Shown here piece by piece: positions 25,323 through 37,957 of a stretch of DNA of 56,793 nucleotides. The notes under the pieces were generated by a model, which was given only the letters and a program-made list of their open reading frames with translations, was not told the DNA's origin and did no database searches. Numbering within the stretch: the stretch's first letter is position 1; each line of letters starts with the position of its first letter. Source of the stretch: Trichosphaerium sp. ATCC 40318 (lineage: Eukaryota > Protista > Tubulinea); contig JALMLS010000602.1 in the NCBI GenBank assembly GCA_038496445.1, positions 1 to 56,793 of the forward strand, given 5' to 3'. The translations under genes and the position numbers were made by a program.

Positions 25323-26974
25323 ATGTCTAGCAAGAAGGATAAAAAGGATAAATCAAAGAAGAAAAAGGACAAGAGTAAAACTGACAAAAAGAAAAAAGCC
25401 AAAGGTTCAAAAAAGACGTATGCGGGCCATGACTCTGCCTCCAGTGCAATGCACGCCGAATATGATGCGTGGATACAAGGCGACATTGAAACAGCTAACT
25501 GTGGTACGACAAAAACAGATCTTCTTTAAACGCTTCGACCGTTGAACCAACACTACGTTCAGAATGGGAAAAAGTAGAGCTTGAAGACAGCATGGTTTAT
25601 TTTTCGTATGGTGGCTCAGACGAGTTTACAATAACCTATCCTTCTGAATACCCTAACACAGATGAACGTTTCGTACGTAAAACGGATTTTACAGTGAATA
25701 AAAACAAATGGTTGAATCTAATTAAATTAGTTCGTTTACAGTGAAGCAGATACCATGGAAGATTGGTGTACTGTAGTGATGGAGTATTGTGACAAGGTAC
25801 GCCCTTTTTAGTTTGTAAAAGCATTTTTCGTGTACTAACACAGTGCAGCCAAGCAAAACTAAACCACCAATATCCGTAGGAGACTTGTTAACGTTTGCTG
25901 CTGAAAAATATTTGGGTAAAAACCTCAACCTTGCCTTACAACTCTTAACGTTGTACTAGAACTTTCCCCAGATGACATGTCTCAAGATGATGACGCAGGT
26001 GGCTTCGAAGATGCTTATGTAGACGAATACGACGAATTCGACATGGGCTTTGAAGCTTCGGAACCAGCACCAAAGAAGAAGAAAGAAAAGACAGTACAAA
26101 TTGATGAGTCTAGGTTTCTTCAAATGGGCTCAATGTCAGCTACTTTGCGTATTCTACAAGATTTACGTAATATCAAACGAACAGATTCAAAGGCAATTGT
26201 ACGTGTGGACTTTTGTTGGGTTGTTCGGTGAATCCATGTTTTGTTAATTTTTTTTTTTGTAGGGCTTTGACGCAAATCCTGCTATGGTTCAAGCAAAAGG
26301 AAAGGAAAACTTGTATCAGTGGAACATCAAACTATATTTTGATGCCGACACAACAATCGGCAAGGATTTACAGAGCTACAAGGCTAAAAGCGGCAAGGTA
26401 CTAACTATTCGTTTTTTTTCCAAATGTTTTATTATTTTTTTTCAATGACAGCTAAAGTGTTTACGTTCGCTTTTAGGACTACGTTGAATTGGAAATGCGA
26501 TTCAGTAAGGACTACCCTCATACACCTCCGTTTGTGCGTGTAGTACGTCCTCGTTTCCAGTTTAGAACAGGTCATGTTACTGTTGGTGGTTCTATTTGTA
26601 TGGAGTTGTTAACATTAAGTGGATGGCAACCAAGTACGTGTATACTTTGAGAGGTGGCGTTTTTGACTTTGTACAAAGCGAATGATATTGAGAGTATTGT
26701 TATTCAAATAAGAGCCGAAATGTCTGGTGGTAATGCGCGATTAGATGGTTCTAGAGGTGGCGAGTATTCGGAACATGAGGCTTGGGTATACCATGAAACC
26801 GTCGTATTGGTGGTTAATTAATTGTGTTTGTTAGGATGCCTTTAGAAGAGCAGCTAGAACGCATGGTTGGAATATTAAATCCTTGGGACCTGACATGTAT
26901 GTTTTTTTTTTTTGATTTAATTTTGTTTCCGTTTCTTACATTACTATTTTCTTAGGTTCCCAAAGATTGTTTAA
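25323..26974 (+). CDS. UBE2Q: Ubiquitin-conjugating enzyme E2, UBE2Q family
   Basis: LYQWNIKL, ELEMRFSKDYPHTPPFVRVVRPR, GHVTVGGSICMELLTLSGW, IESIVIQIRAEM..GNARLD and AFRRAARTHGW. Confidence 0.92.
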
Positions 26975-27178
26975 AAAGATAGTTTATGCTATTGTACAAG
27001 TGGAATTTGATGTCAAGTGTTGAGAATATTTTGTTGTTACTGCAAGTGAATAAATTAACGTGTCCTAATGCAGGCAGTTTGACAATATACACCGAGTCAT
27101 TTGAGAGGTTATGAGGCACCTATAGTTAATCTTGCTGAGTCACAGCTGACTAATTTTTTAACGTAAAGTGAGTTTTAA

Positions 27179-30123
27179 GTGAAGTTCATCTTAGTCTTCA
27201 TTATTGTCGTCTTAGTCAGTTACTGCAAGAATCAACGGTTAGGGAATGAAGTACATAGTGCCGATACTACTTGTATTGGGTGTTTGCATCTATTCAGTGG
27301 TCACTGTGAAAGATTCTGAAAACTATCTGTACCAGTGCCTGTGTGAGGTACGTTAATATATCTAGCGAGTACCTAGCGTAGCTGTCACTCACAATACAAC
27401 AGTTTTTTACGGAGGGAGCCGTAAAACCGCCGACGGGCGTAGTTGATGACTGTTGTTGTGACGTAGCAACAGTTGAACAGTACAACGCAAAAATACGACC
27501 AATTCTCGATAAACTCGTTAATACTACGTTCTTTCGTTATTACAAGGTACGAAATCGCTCCGGATAATATTTACCGTGGGAGTAGGTGAATTTATGGCGA
27601 GATTGTACATACTTCCCAAACGATGGTCAATGTGCAATGCCATCGTGCGCTGTTGATGAATGTGACCCAGTACGTCATTTTGTACCGATTTGGCACAAGG
27701 TTTTAATGTGCCACGTAAAACAAGTGCTACTCAGCGCATATTCCTCATTTTACACTTACTCAGCATTTGTACTGATAAAAATTCATAAATCTTACTCTAC
27801 AAAACACAGATTCAATTCGAAAAAGAATGTGGTCCTTGGACGGATACTTCAGATACAACACCTCATCTTAGTAAGCTAGATATGTTCGTATCTGAAAAAG
27901 CTACGGCATCTCTTGATGAGGGCACTTGGACTTGTACTCTTGACGAAGCAATGCAAAGTGCCAACAAAGGTAAACTTGCCGTTTTTGTTTTATGTCTAAT
28001 TCAAATAAGCCGAAGAATTATCGATTGTTGATTTGGTTGCAAACCCGGAGAGGTACACAGGTATGCAATATAAATAAGATAGTGTATAGAGCCTAGTATC
28101 GTATGAGAATGATTGTTTGTTAGGGTACAAGGGAGAGGCAGCAAATAGAATTTGGAGAGCAATTTATGATGAGAATTGCTTTGCAGATGGTCCTCTTGAT
28201 GTTCAGAGCACGTGTAAGGAGAAACGTATGGTTTTCAGATTAGTTTCGGGGTTACATACATCTGTGAGCACACATCTATCATACAAATACCTACTAGATG
28301 AAAAAAGTGATACCTGGGTACGCACACAATTTTTTTATTGTTACAAATTTTGTTCTCCTCTTAAAGTTTTATCGTTATCTTCGTTGTACGACCACAACGC
28401 CTGGTAACCTGAGAATTTTTATCCTATGTCCGGCTTTATATACTCCCATTTGTATTAAGACCTCATGTGTCAAATCATCGAGCATGTCAAGCTCTATTTC
28501 GTGCTCCCTATAATTTTTTAACAAACCCAGAAATCAAAAATAGTATTTTCGGAAACTCTTCATACTCGAATATTGCTGCGTAGTAAATTGCTGCATCTTG
28601 AGGTATGCCAACATGTGCGAGTATCTCTTGCCACGAACGTTCAACAAATTCCTATACCAAGGTCAATTAAAAACTAGAACCTACAAAGTGGCCGAACCAT
28701 TCTTGATACTTTGGCGTTCCCTGTGGATGAACGCAATTGAGTCCTTTCATCAGCACTTCTTGAACGTGTGTGTGTCGGTTCCTTAGTCTTGAAAGGGCGT
28801 GTAGGTTGCCTAGCGTGGCGTCTATACGGCTTTGGGCTAACCTCTGGTGAAGAGAGTTCAATCTTTGGGCTTCCTGGTTGAAGTGCCGAAAAGGACGAAA
28901 GTTCTATCGTGTGTCTTTTTGATGACTTTAATTGCTTTCTATTTTTTGATGGTGATGCTCCACTTGATTTACTACCTTTAATTTTACATATTAAGCATAG
29001 TTTTTAAGACTACGGGCAATTTGAATAGTAAATTTCAGTTATTTTTTGATTAAACTTAAAATTGCGGTAAAACACTTTCCATTGCATTGGTAGCGTTGAG
29101 ATTAACAAAAAAATATGATTTTTGCCCTTAGTTTTGTATTTTCGGTCTCTCGGGCCACTAATTTAACGGATTGAGATGTACCATTGCTTTTGGCTCTTTG
29201 ACCCTCACCTTGAGTTGCTTCTTTCTCCATAAAACGTTTGTCTAAAATAAATCACGTGTTATCTTACATCGGTCAATATTTTTAGTTTTTTTTTCATGTG
29301 AAAAAGTCGGCCTAACTTTTTTCCTCTTTAGGGTCCTAATGTACCATTATGGCGTAGGATGGTAGCCAATGACCCAGACCGTATTAAAAACTTGTACTTT
29401 GTGTACATGTTAACATTAAGAGCAATGACAAAATTGATGCCTGTGTTGTCTTCGTACAACTACAACATAAAGCAAAACCAAGAAAATATTAAGATAAAGA
29501 ACCTGATGAATAAACTGCAAAAGGTTGTTTTTGCTTGCCCTCAAACCTTTGATGAATCAGGCTTATTCAAGGTACAATAGACATACAATAATGTATTTTA
29601 ATCATAGTTTCTAGGGTAAAGGTGGTCAAGAACTAAAGCAGCAGTTTAAAAGCACTTTCTTGAATATTTCGTCTATTCTTGATTGTATTGGCTGCGAAAA
29701 GTGTAAACTATGGGGCAAGTTGCAGGCACGCACAAACCAATCAAAGACAATAACTCATTTTAATGATATTCTGTAGATCAATGGTTTAGGAACAGCAATT
29801 AGAGGTGTATTTGAGACAGAAGAACAAGGACATGTTGATTTACGTAGAACTGAAATAGTCGCTCTAGTTAACGTGTTCAATCAACTTTCTCATTCATTGG
29901 AGGCAACCAAACACATGATAGAACTAGAAAGGTACCAAATGGTACAATGGGTACGTACACTATTTATAAATATTAATCACGTGATAAGCCCAACATTGAC
30001 ATGCTTATTGATTTTTTTCAGGGATCAATGCAGACATTAAAATTAGTTGGTATATTTTTTCTATCCCCGACGTTTATCTTGGTGTTGTATGCCATATGCA
30101 ATTTTTGCTGTGGAAGGAAGTAA
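27179..30123 (+). CDS. ERO1: ER oxidoreductin 1
   Basis: GVVDDCCCD, FFRYYKVNL, DLVANPERYTGY, RIWRAIYDENCF, CKEKRMVFRLVSGLHTSVSTH, RIKNLYF and DCIGCEKCKLWGKLQ, plus a C-terminal TM segment. The start codon is unresolved. Confidence 0.95.
28375..29230 (-). CDS. SAM-domain protein nested antisense in ERO1 intron 28318-29331
   Basis: 4 exons with GT-AG introns. A Ser/Pro/Arg-rich N-terminus precedes SWQEILAHVGIPQDAAIYYAAIFEEHEIELDMLDDLTHEVLIQMGVYKAGHRIKIL. Confidence 0.8.
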
Positions 30124-30705
30124 ATTATATGAAAATAAAAATTATTTGTACATTCAGTCTTGAACGGCTTCAGTTTTTTTACAACGCACAATAAACTGCT
30201 AGATTTCACTTATTTTTCTTGTCTTCTTGAACCCTTGTCTCAACAATTAACCGACATTATAGAGCTAGCGCTGCATCTGGTTCAAAAACAACATAAATGG
30301 CAATCAAGTGAACACACAGGTAGCCAACGAACATACCCGTTGCAGAATACATTGATATACAAGTAAATTAACACTTCGAGTACTACCTCCGAACTATACA
30401 AAGGTACTCCACTTCAACCCATATTTAGAAGCAATAACATACATTGTGGGCTCTTCTAGCGTAGTCAAGCGTCTTTAAATATTGTTCAGTAGCACCACCG
30501 AATTAAAACATGTTTTTCAAGGAAAAGACACGTTAGCAACGATCAACTTGCTTCTTGTGAACCACATTCTCACTTCAAACAAAATGTTTCGTACACAACT
30601 ACAACATTATGTTTTGGCGTAGCAATACGCTAGACTTCCTTATATTTGATGTGCCTTATCAAGTTGTACGTTAAGTTTGCTTTCAGAATTCTTTGCCACT
30701 CAAAG

Positions 30706-32801
30706 ATGGAGCTAAATGACGTCCCAAATGAACTGTTAGAGTTGTTGATGATCTACTTACCACTCAAAGACCTATTAGCAGCAGGAATAAAACTATTACG
30801 GCCGATTTAAGCTGACTTTTTTATAGGTCTAGTTTCTAAGCGTTTTTGTGCGGCAGGACGCGCTAATTGGGTGTGGAAGTACCAATACCGCCGTCTACAG
30901 GTTTATCAACATAAATTTAATTAAATCAATTCGGCTAATGCAATTGTAGGGTTCTTGGGCTCCGGCTATAACCCCTAGTCACTATGGAGGTATTGAATAT
31001 CATCAAACGAGTAACAGCCTGTCACTAGAAAAAATGTCGTCAGTGCATTATTTATCTCAGTGTATGGCACTTCAAACAGTTTATAACAATATGTCAAATG
31101 GTACAAAAAAAAAAAACAAACAAAAAAGTCAACTGAAGAAAGTTCAACGTTTTTCCATTTTCTGACTTTACTACGTGTCACGTGACACAAATTTAAGTGC
31201 ATTTGACTGTGCACAGTCAGTGAGATAGTCACCTTTTTACTCCTCTCTGATTCTACAAGTAGAAAAACATGTGTTACCGCTGCTGTTTACTGATAAATTA
31301 ATACATATGTTTAGGTAATATTCAGACTCAAATACATGATATGAATTCCGTTGCTGTTGCCAACAGTTGGGAAGATTGTCTAGGTGTGCTCTAGTAAAGA
31401 TACTTTGTATTGATTATACTAACAGCATCTTCTTTTTTTGTAGTTATTGGTACTGTGAGTGGAGAAGTGCATATTTGGGATGGCTCAAAAAAACAATTTG
31501 CTACTGGTGACGAACCTTACCAAATACATAGTATGCTGTGCCAAAGCTTTGTTGATAACTCATATCTATAGAGAGTTATATATTTTGGATTGAGATTAGA
31601 GGTGACACGTGTGTTTCTATTTCAGCTGACAGAACACAAGCATGTACGATGATGGATTTTTATTGGATTTTTTTTTTCACTGATAGCTGTGTTTAGTGTT
31701 CACAATAAAGAGGGAAAATGGTGTTCCTACTATAAAGGTTATATCATCCCAATCAACTGAGACTGTTGCATGGGGATGTGATATCAGTTTTGAACATAAC
31801 ATTTATGTAACTGCAGGAAGTAAGCTTCTATCAGGTCTTCAGCGTAAAATAGTTTGTTAACTTGTTTTAGATGCTGGCAAGGTAACAACTTGGGACTTGA
31901 AAACTGGAGAAAAGTTAGAAACAGTTGATATTAATCAAACGATTTTAGATGTGACATTTGTTGGTACAGTGCAATGTTTCATTTTTTATTTGAAAAATAC
32001 AAATTGATTTTACTTTTGTAGGCAATTACTGTGCCTGTGCCGGTGGTGGTAAGGGAGCTATTCAAATACTTTCTTTACCTTCACTTGAAGAAATACAAAC
32101 TCTGTATGTGAGCCCAGAGACTGTATTTTCTATTTGTAACGTAGGTCATTTTCTGTTCACTTGTGATTACAAAGTAAGATATTTACCCTCTTTATTATCT
32201 TCTTATATTTTGTTCTTTAGACTGTTACTATGTGGGATGTAAGAACAATGAATGAAGTGTTCAAACATAGTTATACATATAGTTTTGATAGGCTACAGCC
32301 AATCAGCGAGATGTGTGTATATAACAATAAGTTAATCGTTGGTAAGACCGTGACATGGAAGAAAAAAGTCTCCAATCAATATCGACTTAATGTGAAATTT
32401 TTAGGTGTTCTAGGATACGGTGCAGATAAAAAGTCTGTTAGTTTACATATTTACGATATTGCCGATATAATCGCTACTCAGGTTTGCACATTTGTTTTAT
32501 AACTTAATACCACGTGTTTTTTCTTTCTTTCTAAGTTTTTTTTTCTTTCAGAATGTTGAGTATAAAGTCATTGATGTACATGGTGCCTCACATGATATTG
32601 TAAAGATAAAAAGTATTTCCATGGTACCAAATAGGGGTAAGCTGTTTTAATTTATATATATCTCAGTGTGTTCACTTACAACTCTTAGATGTTCTGTACG
32701 TTGCACACCAACATGGATTTATTCAAGTTCAATTCTGCAAACAACAAAAAGTTGTGTTAAGTTTTTTCCGCAAATTGTTTGGCGTTGGTTCACGAAAGTA
32801 A
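30706..32801 (+). CDS. F-box/WD40-repeat protein
   Basis: LNDVPNELLELLMIYLPLKDLLAAGLVSKRF...WVWK, followed by WD-like units GEVHIWD, GKVTTWDLKTG and TVTMWDVRT. Confidence 0.85.
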
Positions 32802-33022
32802 ACAAAACCTCAACCAATAAAACGTCAACCATGGTATTGTGGTATGTGTAGGTAGTATTTTCCTCGCTCAGTAAAGAAAATCAATGAAGATGTAAGCAAT
32901 CACAAGAATAAACAAAATTGACCAGGTTGTGCTGATTTTCAAAAAAAAAAAAAGAGTCAATAGAGAGTAACGTTTGCTTATGACAACGTTTATTTCACGG
33001 ACATGTATAAGATGAACCATAT

Positions 33023-34456
33023 CTATTTTCTTGCAACACCACCTTTCCTCTATTTTAGAGAGATTAGAAATCAGGTAACAACAATTGACTTGTTTTTTTT
33101 TGTGGGTATTTTCGCGTACCATAGGCATGTACTTCTTGGCTTCAGCAAGTTCACGTTCCATCCACCAAATACTTCCTTGTCCAGCACCACCCTTAAACAG
33201 TCGTTGATATTGTAGAAGTCATACAACAGAAGAGTCTATGGGTACCTTTTGGGCTGCGGCATGAAGAGCAGCTTCTGCGGCTTCTACAGCTTCAACTGCA
33301 GCGTTTCGTGACTTTTCAGCACGTTTCGTAGCTGCCTCTGTGGTGATCTTTGCGGTTCTCAAAGGCAATGGATCCTCAGCCAAGTGTTGAGATAGTTGAT
33401 TTTTTGCGCGATTCCTAAACAGCATTTAGCGGTTAGATTATTCTTTTTTCGAAAAGAGTACCTTGCTACAATACCACCCTCTTCGGACTGCTTTTTTAAA
33501 GTCTCAGTTTTTTTATTGTAAGCATCCTCTTGCTCCTTGAGGTCTTTCAAAGCTGCTTTAAGCTCCTCTGTACGAGTTGTTAAGCAAAGGAATAGTCAAT
33601 AATGTAAACCGTACGCTCTTCTTTTTGCGCTTTCTTCAGAGCTGATTGCGCGGTTTCGAGCATGGCTTGACATCTCATCATCTCCTCTTCGTTACCACCC
33701 TAAGTCATGGCATTAGGTAAGCATATCTTATAACCTGAACACGTACTTGAGGACGCTTGACGAACTCTTCTACTTTTTTGTTAAACTCCCAAAGGCAGAA
33801 CTCAACAAGAGCCAATCTTTTGTTAAAATCCAAGTCAGCAGCTCTAGTAGCATTATTTAGCATTATGTCCTACCAACGATGCGCCTCAACGCCTTTTTAC
33901 AGTAAAATAATGCGCGTACAAAATCTCTTGTCTCATTTGCTTTACAGTCTTGGTGTTACCCAATTTTTCTAGAAACCTTTTTGTACAAAGTCAATATCAC
34001 GTGACCCAAGCGACAAAAAGCTCTGAACCGGTTACCTGTGGGCATTGAACTACGAATTAATATCAGCTTAACGACTCCCTTTCAAAGGTACTGTACCTCG
34101 TCTAAATCACTTCCTTTCTCAGCTTTATCAACATCCAACTCAACGAACACTAAACAGCGCAATCGTCAAAAATCACAAAGTTTTTTTTCTCCCTTTATAA
34201 GAGTTTCGTACTATGAACCCATTTCCATACGCTCTCCTTCTTGTCTATGAAGTTTTTAGTGAGAAATCAATAAATATAAAGCGAGTCGGTTAAAGATTTC
34301 ACAATAACGAGGTGATACCTTGTAGTTCATCCCAGTAAGCGTTTAAGACACTGTAGTAGAAGTTAACGGAAACATTCGCTTTATACGACTTGAAATCACG
34401 TGCGCTTTGCCCTGGTCTGCATATGTTTTAGCAGTAAATTGTTTAAAAGCTTCCAT
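33023..34456 (-). CDS. Calcium-regulated 34-kDa actin-bundling protein (Dictyostelium ABP34)-like / amoebal TolA-like protein
   Basis: N-terminal YADQGKAVLNAYWDE, a coiled coil, LAEDPLPLRTAKITTEAA and C-terminal GAGQGSIWWMERELAEAKKY. Confidence 0.8.
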
Positions 34457-34888
34457 TTTGTTATTTTCTTGCTACGTCTTTCCACTTGTACTTAACACTA
34501 TTGACTTATTGCTGTATAAACATGACTCATTTGACGTGTTACAGACCGTTCTATCTCATTGTTCTGTGCTTCGCATGTTCGTGTAGAGTTACCACATCCA
34601 ATCTTACTTGTATAGGTACACAAAACCACAAAATGGAACTGGATATGACTTACGGATAACTATTTGAAAATAAGATTATATTGTCGTTATTTAGAGGATT
34701 GTTTATGTTGCATAGATTATCTTTTGTAGAATGGTCACTTATTTTGACACTTCCTTTTGAACTTTCTGTTGGGATTTTCGTTTATCCTTGCTCGGGAAAT
34801 TGTTGTTTGGTAAAAACAGCATAGTGTGATTGTTTTCAAGAAATTTAAAAAATATTCCCTTGCAGTATTGGCAAATAATTCAACCAAC

Positions 34889-37047
34889 ATGCCTCGTCTT
34901 ACTTGGTGTTTGCTTTTTAGTATATACGCGACGTACATCACTGGTACGGCTGATTAAAACAGCGCTCGAACTTTCCTTATCCCCAAATTTATCCAAAACA
35001 TCACGTGACTCTTTCTAGGGCAGCAATTCATTGGCCGAACCGTTTTAACACCATTTAATTCTCCTTTTTGTACTAGTGTCAATCTAAAATCTCCAAATAC
35101 CACCTTTGATCAGTACACGTTAATTACTTTTGGATTTAGCTGTAAGTCAAATAGTCTCTTATTCTTCAAGTTTTTCACAAACAAAAAGAAAAAGTTATTA
35201 ATTTTTTCAAGATCCTCCCGGTATTCCTTATACTGGCGTTGAGGTGCTAGATTCTAGGGTATTAGCAGTAATGGCGAATAGTGGACCAAATGGAGCTTCA
35301 GGGACTCTACACGAGATGAAAACGGACTGGGACTCGTCCACCACATGGTCTTCGTTTTCAAACAATATGGGACCAGGTAATCCTTTTTTGTTTATTGATA
35401 TGGGATCATATGTTCACTAATAACACAATAGTCGCGGGCATTGATTATGAAACCGAGATATCTGGGTCTTACAGTGACGTACCTAACAATGAGGTTGCAA
35501 ACATTACTGTTACTGATACTGTAAATAAATGGTTGAACCCTAACGTTAAGAATACAGGCTGGCTGATTAAAAGAGGTGAGAGCTTGATAAGATTTCTTTT
35601 TTAACTTGACTTTCTAGAGAACGCACATGATATCTTTGGATGTGAGGCTGTGTTAAGACCCCAGCTAACAATGATCGTTGGACCGCTACCTTGGAATTTT
35701 ACTTGTTTTACATACAAGGATCCAGGCACGTGATAATGCAGTCATTCGCTGAGTTGTTATCTATTTACCTTTGGTTAAATTAGATGGATTATTTCCATAC
35801 CCGGAACCATTTATCGCTTACACTCGCCTGTGTGCTTTCTGCAAGGGTCCTGGACCATTCGGAATTTTAGCTGCCGCTCTTATTGGTGATGGTCAACTTG
35901 TGATAAATGATATAAGCGTGCGAACTACCAAAGTAGATCCTCTTCCAGACACTGATGGTATGTAATCTTTGTGGTGGCGTCTACACTTGTTTAATTTTTT
36001 TGAAAGTTGGCTATTGCGGTACTATACCTCCGGATCTCCAAACGAGAGAGGTAAGTGTGACCTTCGCGTACGTATTGTAGTGACTTTTTTGGACAGTGTT
36101 TTACCCGCTTTGAATTACCTTATAAGATTGTAGGACTAAACGTAGTGTAAATTTAGAGATTGATACTACAGGGTACACTACAAAGCTTCCTGAAGAAATA
36201 GGTAAAATTAAGTCGGTTGTGGTACATTTAATAGAAGATAGCTTGTCGATCATTTGAGTGTGAGAATACACGAGTATTAATCAATGGTACCATTCAAGGA
36301 CAGCTATTAAAAGGGGAGTCTTTAGTAGTTAGAAATGATGTATTGATCAATGGTAATTTCAGTGTACAAGGTATTGACCAAGGCTTCATTCTTTCTTCTT
36401 TCTTTTAATTTTCTTTCATCCAAAAAGGTCAAATCAAAATTGAATCAACAGAAACTGTAATCACTATCGAGGGATGTGTTTCAGCAACAAATGGTATCAA
36501 TGTTCAATTGAACGAAAACGAGACATATGTAGAAGGACAACAAATCATTGAACTATTTACACCTTGTGACATTGATGTACGAAATCATTTTTATTGATAG
36601 TTTTTTTTGTAAAGATGACCACCTCCAATTAACACCATGTTTAGAACACAAGTTTAATTTTGACAGGTGGCAATGCAGAGGTCCGGATTATAATTTTGGA
36701 GTTTCTTTGTTAGTTAACTATTGTTTTAAATATAGAGAGATTGTGCAAAACTACTTGCTGAATCAAGCCCAACAACATCAGGGATTGCTTTAACGATTTT
36801 AGTTGATGACAGCGGTTGCGGTGGTGGTGATTCTTCATCATCGTCTTCTTTCAGTGACAATGTACATATAATCGTTCCAGTTATTGTTGTTGCTGTTGTT
36901 TTGGTGGCAATTATCATTGCAGCAGCTCTTGCTTTCTACAGGTAACTTTACTTTCAAAACGCAAAGCTTGCTTTTCTTATTATTTTCTTAAGATGGAAAA
37001 GATTGCATAGATTTTCATTACCTTCTCTTGGTAACAGTAGCAGTTAA
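34889..37047 (+). CDS. Type I membrane protein with DNRLRE-like (CBM96-like) extracellular domain, paralogue 1
   Basis: Signal peptide, LHEMKTDWDSSTTW...ITVTDTVNKWLNPNVKNTGWLIK...RPQL, and TM segment IIVPVIVVAVVLVAIIIAAALAFY. Confidence 0.7.
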
Positions 37048-37957
37048 ACTCACTCCATTTCGTAAAAATACACCAAAGCAAAATACAATAAAATAAAACT
37101 ACAACTTTTAGTGCTTTTATATTTATTCTGTGCCTGTTTAACTGCAATGTGGTTTGCAGAGTATAGCTAAGCGCTAATGTAATGAATGGTTAACGAGTAC
37201 AAGGTATCCTACCTACGAGACGTTTGAAGTTACCCAGGGACAATAGGTATAAGATTATCACTGCAATAAACAACCAGCTACTGTTAAACCAAAGACAAAC
37301 TTAGAGCTTAGCTCTGTAAACGCTGTTTATAAAACTCAATTGCGATGCATTAACTTAAAACATTGAGTAAACTAGTTCAAATTCACTATGTAGTTCATGA
37401 TTGTAACTTCTTGGTGATGTGTAAAGGTAGAATGGTTTCAAGAAGTTTGAAAATTAAAAATGCATGGAGCTCTAGGAACTTTCGCATTCAAATAATGCTC
37501 AAAGTGAATCTCTATTTCGCTTTAGAATGCTGAAAGCAAGCCTACATGTGCCTACCTATTCTAAGACTGCATCGTTTCGTAAAAACATGTGAGTGATAAC
37601 GTCACTGATAAATCTTACGAAGAATTCCTATGTTCGCGATAAACCAAAGTCTGTACGAACATCACGAGAGCCACTGGCACCACCAAAAAATACTACCACA
37701 CTGCATTGACCAGCGTTGTGACGTTCCAAGAAATACATAAACTAACGTTTCATATTGTAGTGTAAAGGTTGTTCCCGGAGTTACAAGTAACGTGTAAAGG
37801 CTGTTCAAAGATTCATAATTACTTTTCGGTGACTCAAGCTTTTGGTCATCAAAAAAAATTCCATTATTTATAAGGACACAAGCTAAGCAACACCTCCTCA
37901 GAACCAACTAGACCCAAGGCAACATAGAACCACCGGTAGTAACTGCTGCTAGCTTCC

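Noticed and set aside
10680-37220. Shared short motif GTACAAG..TCCTACCTA at about 10680 and 37197
   Set aside because: Too short, with no extended flanking similarity, so it cannot be distinguished from chance.
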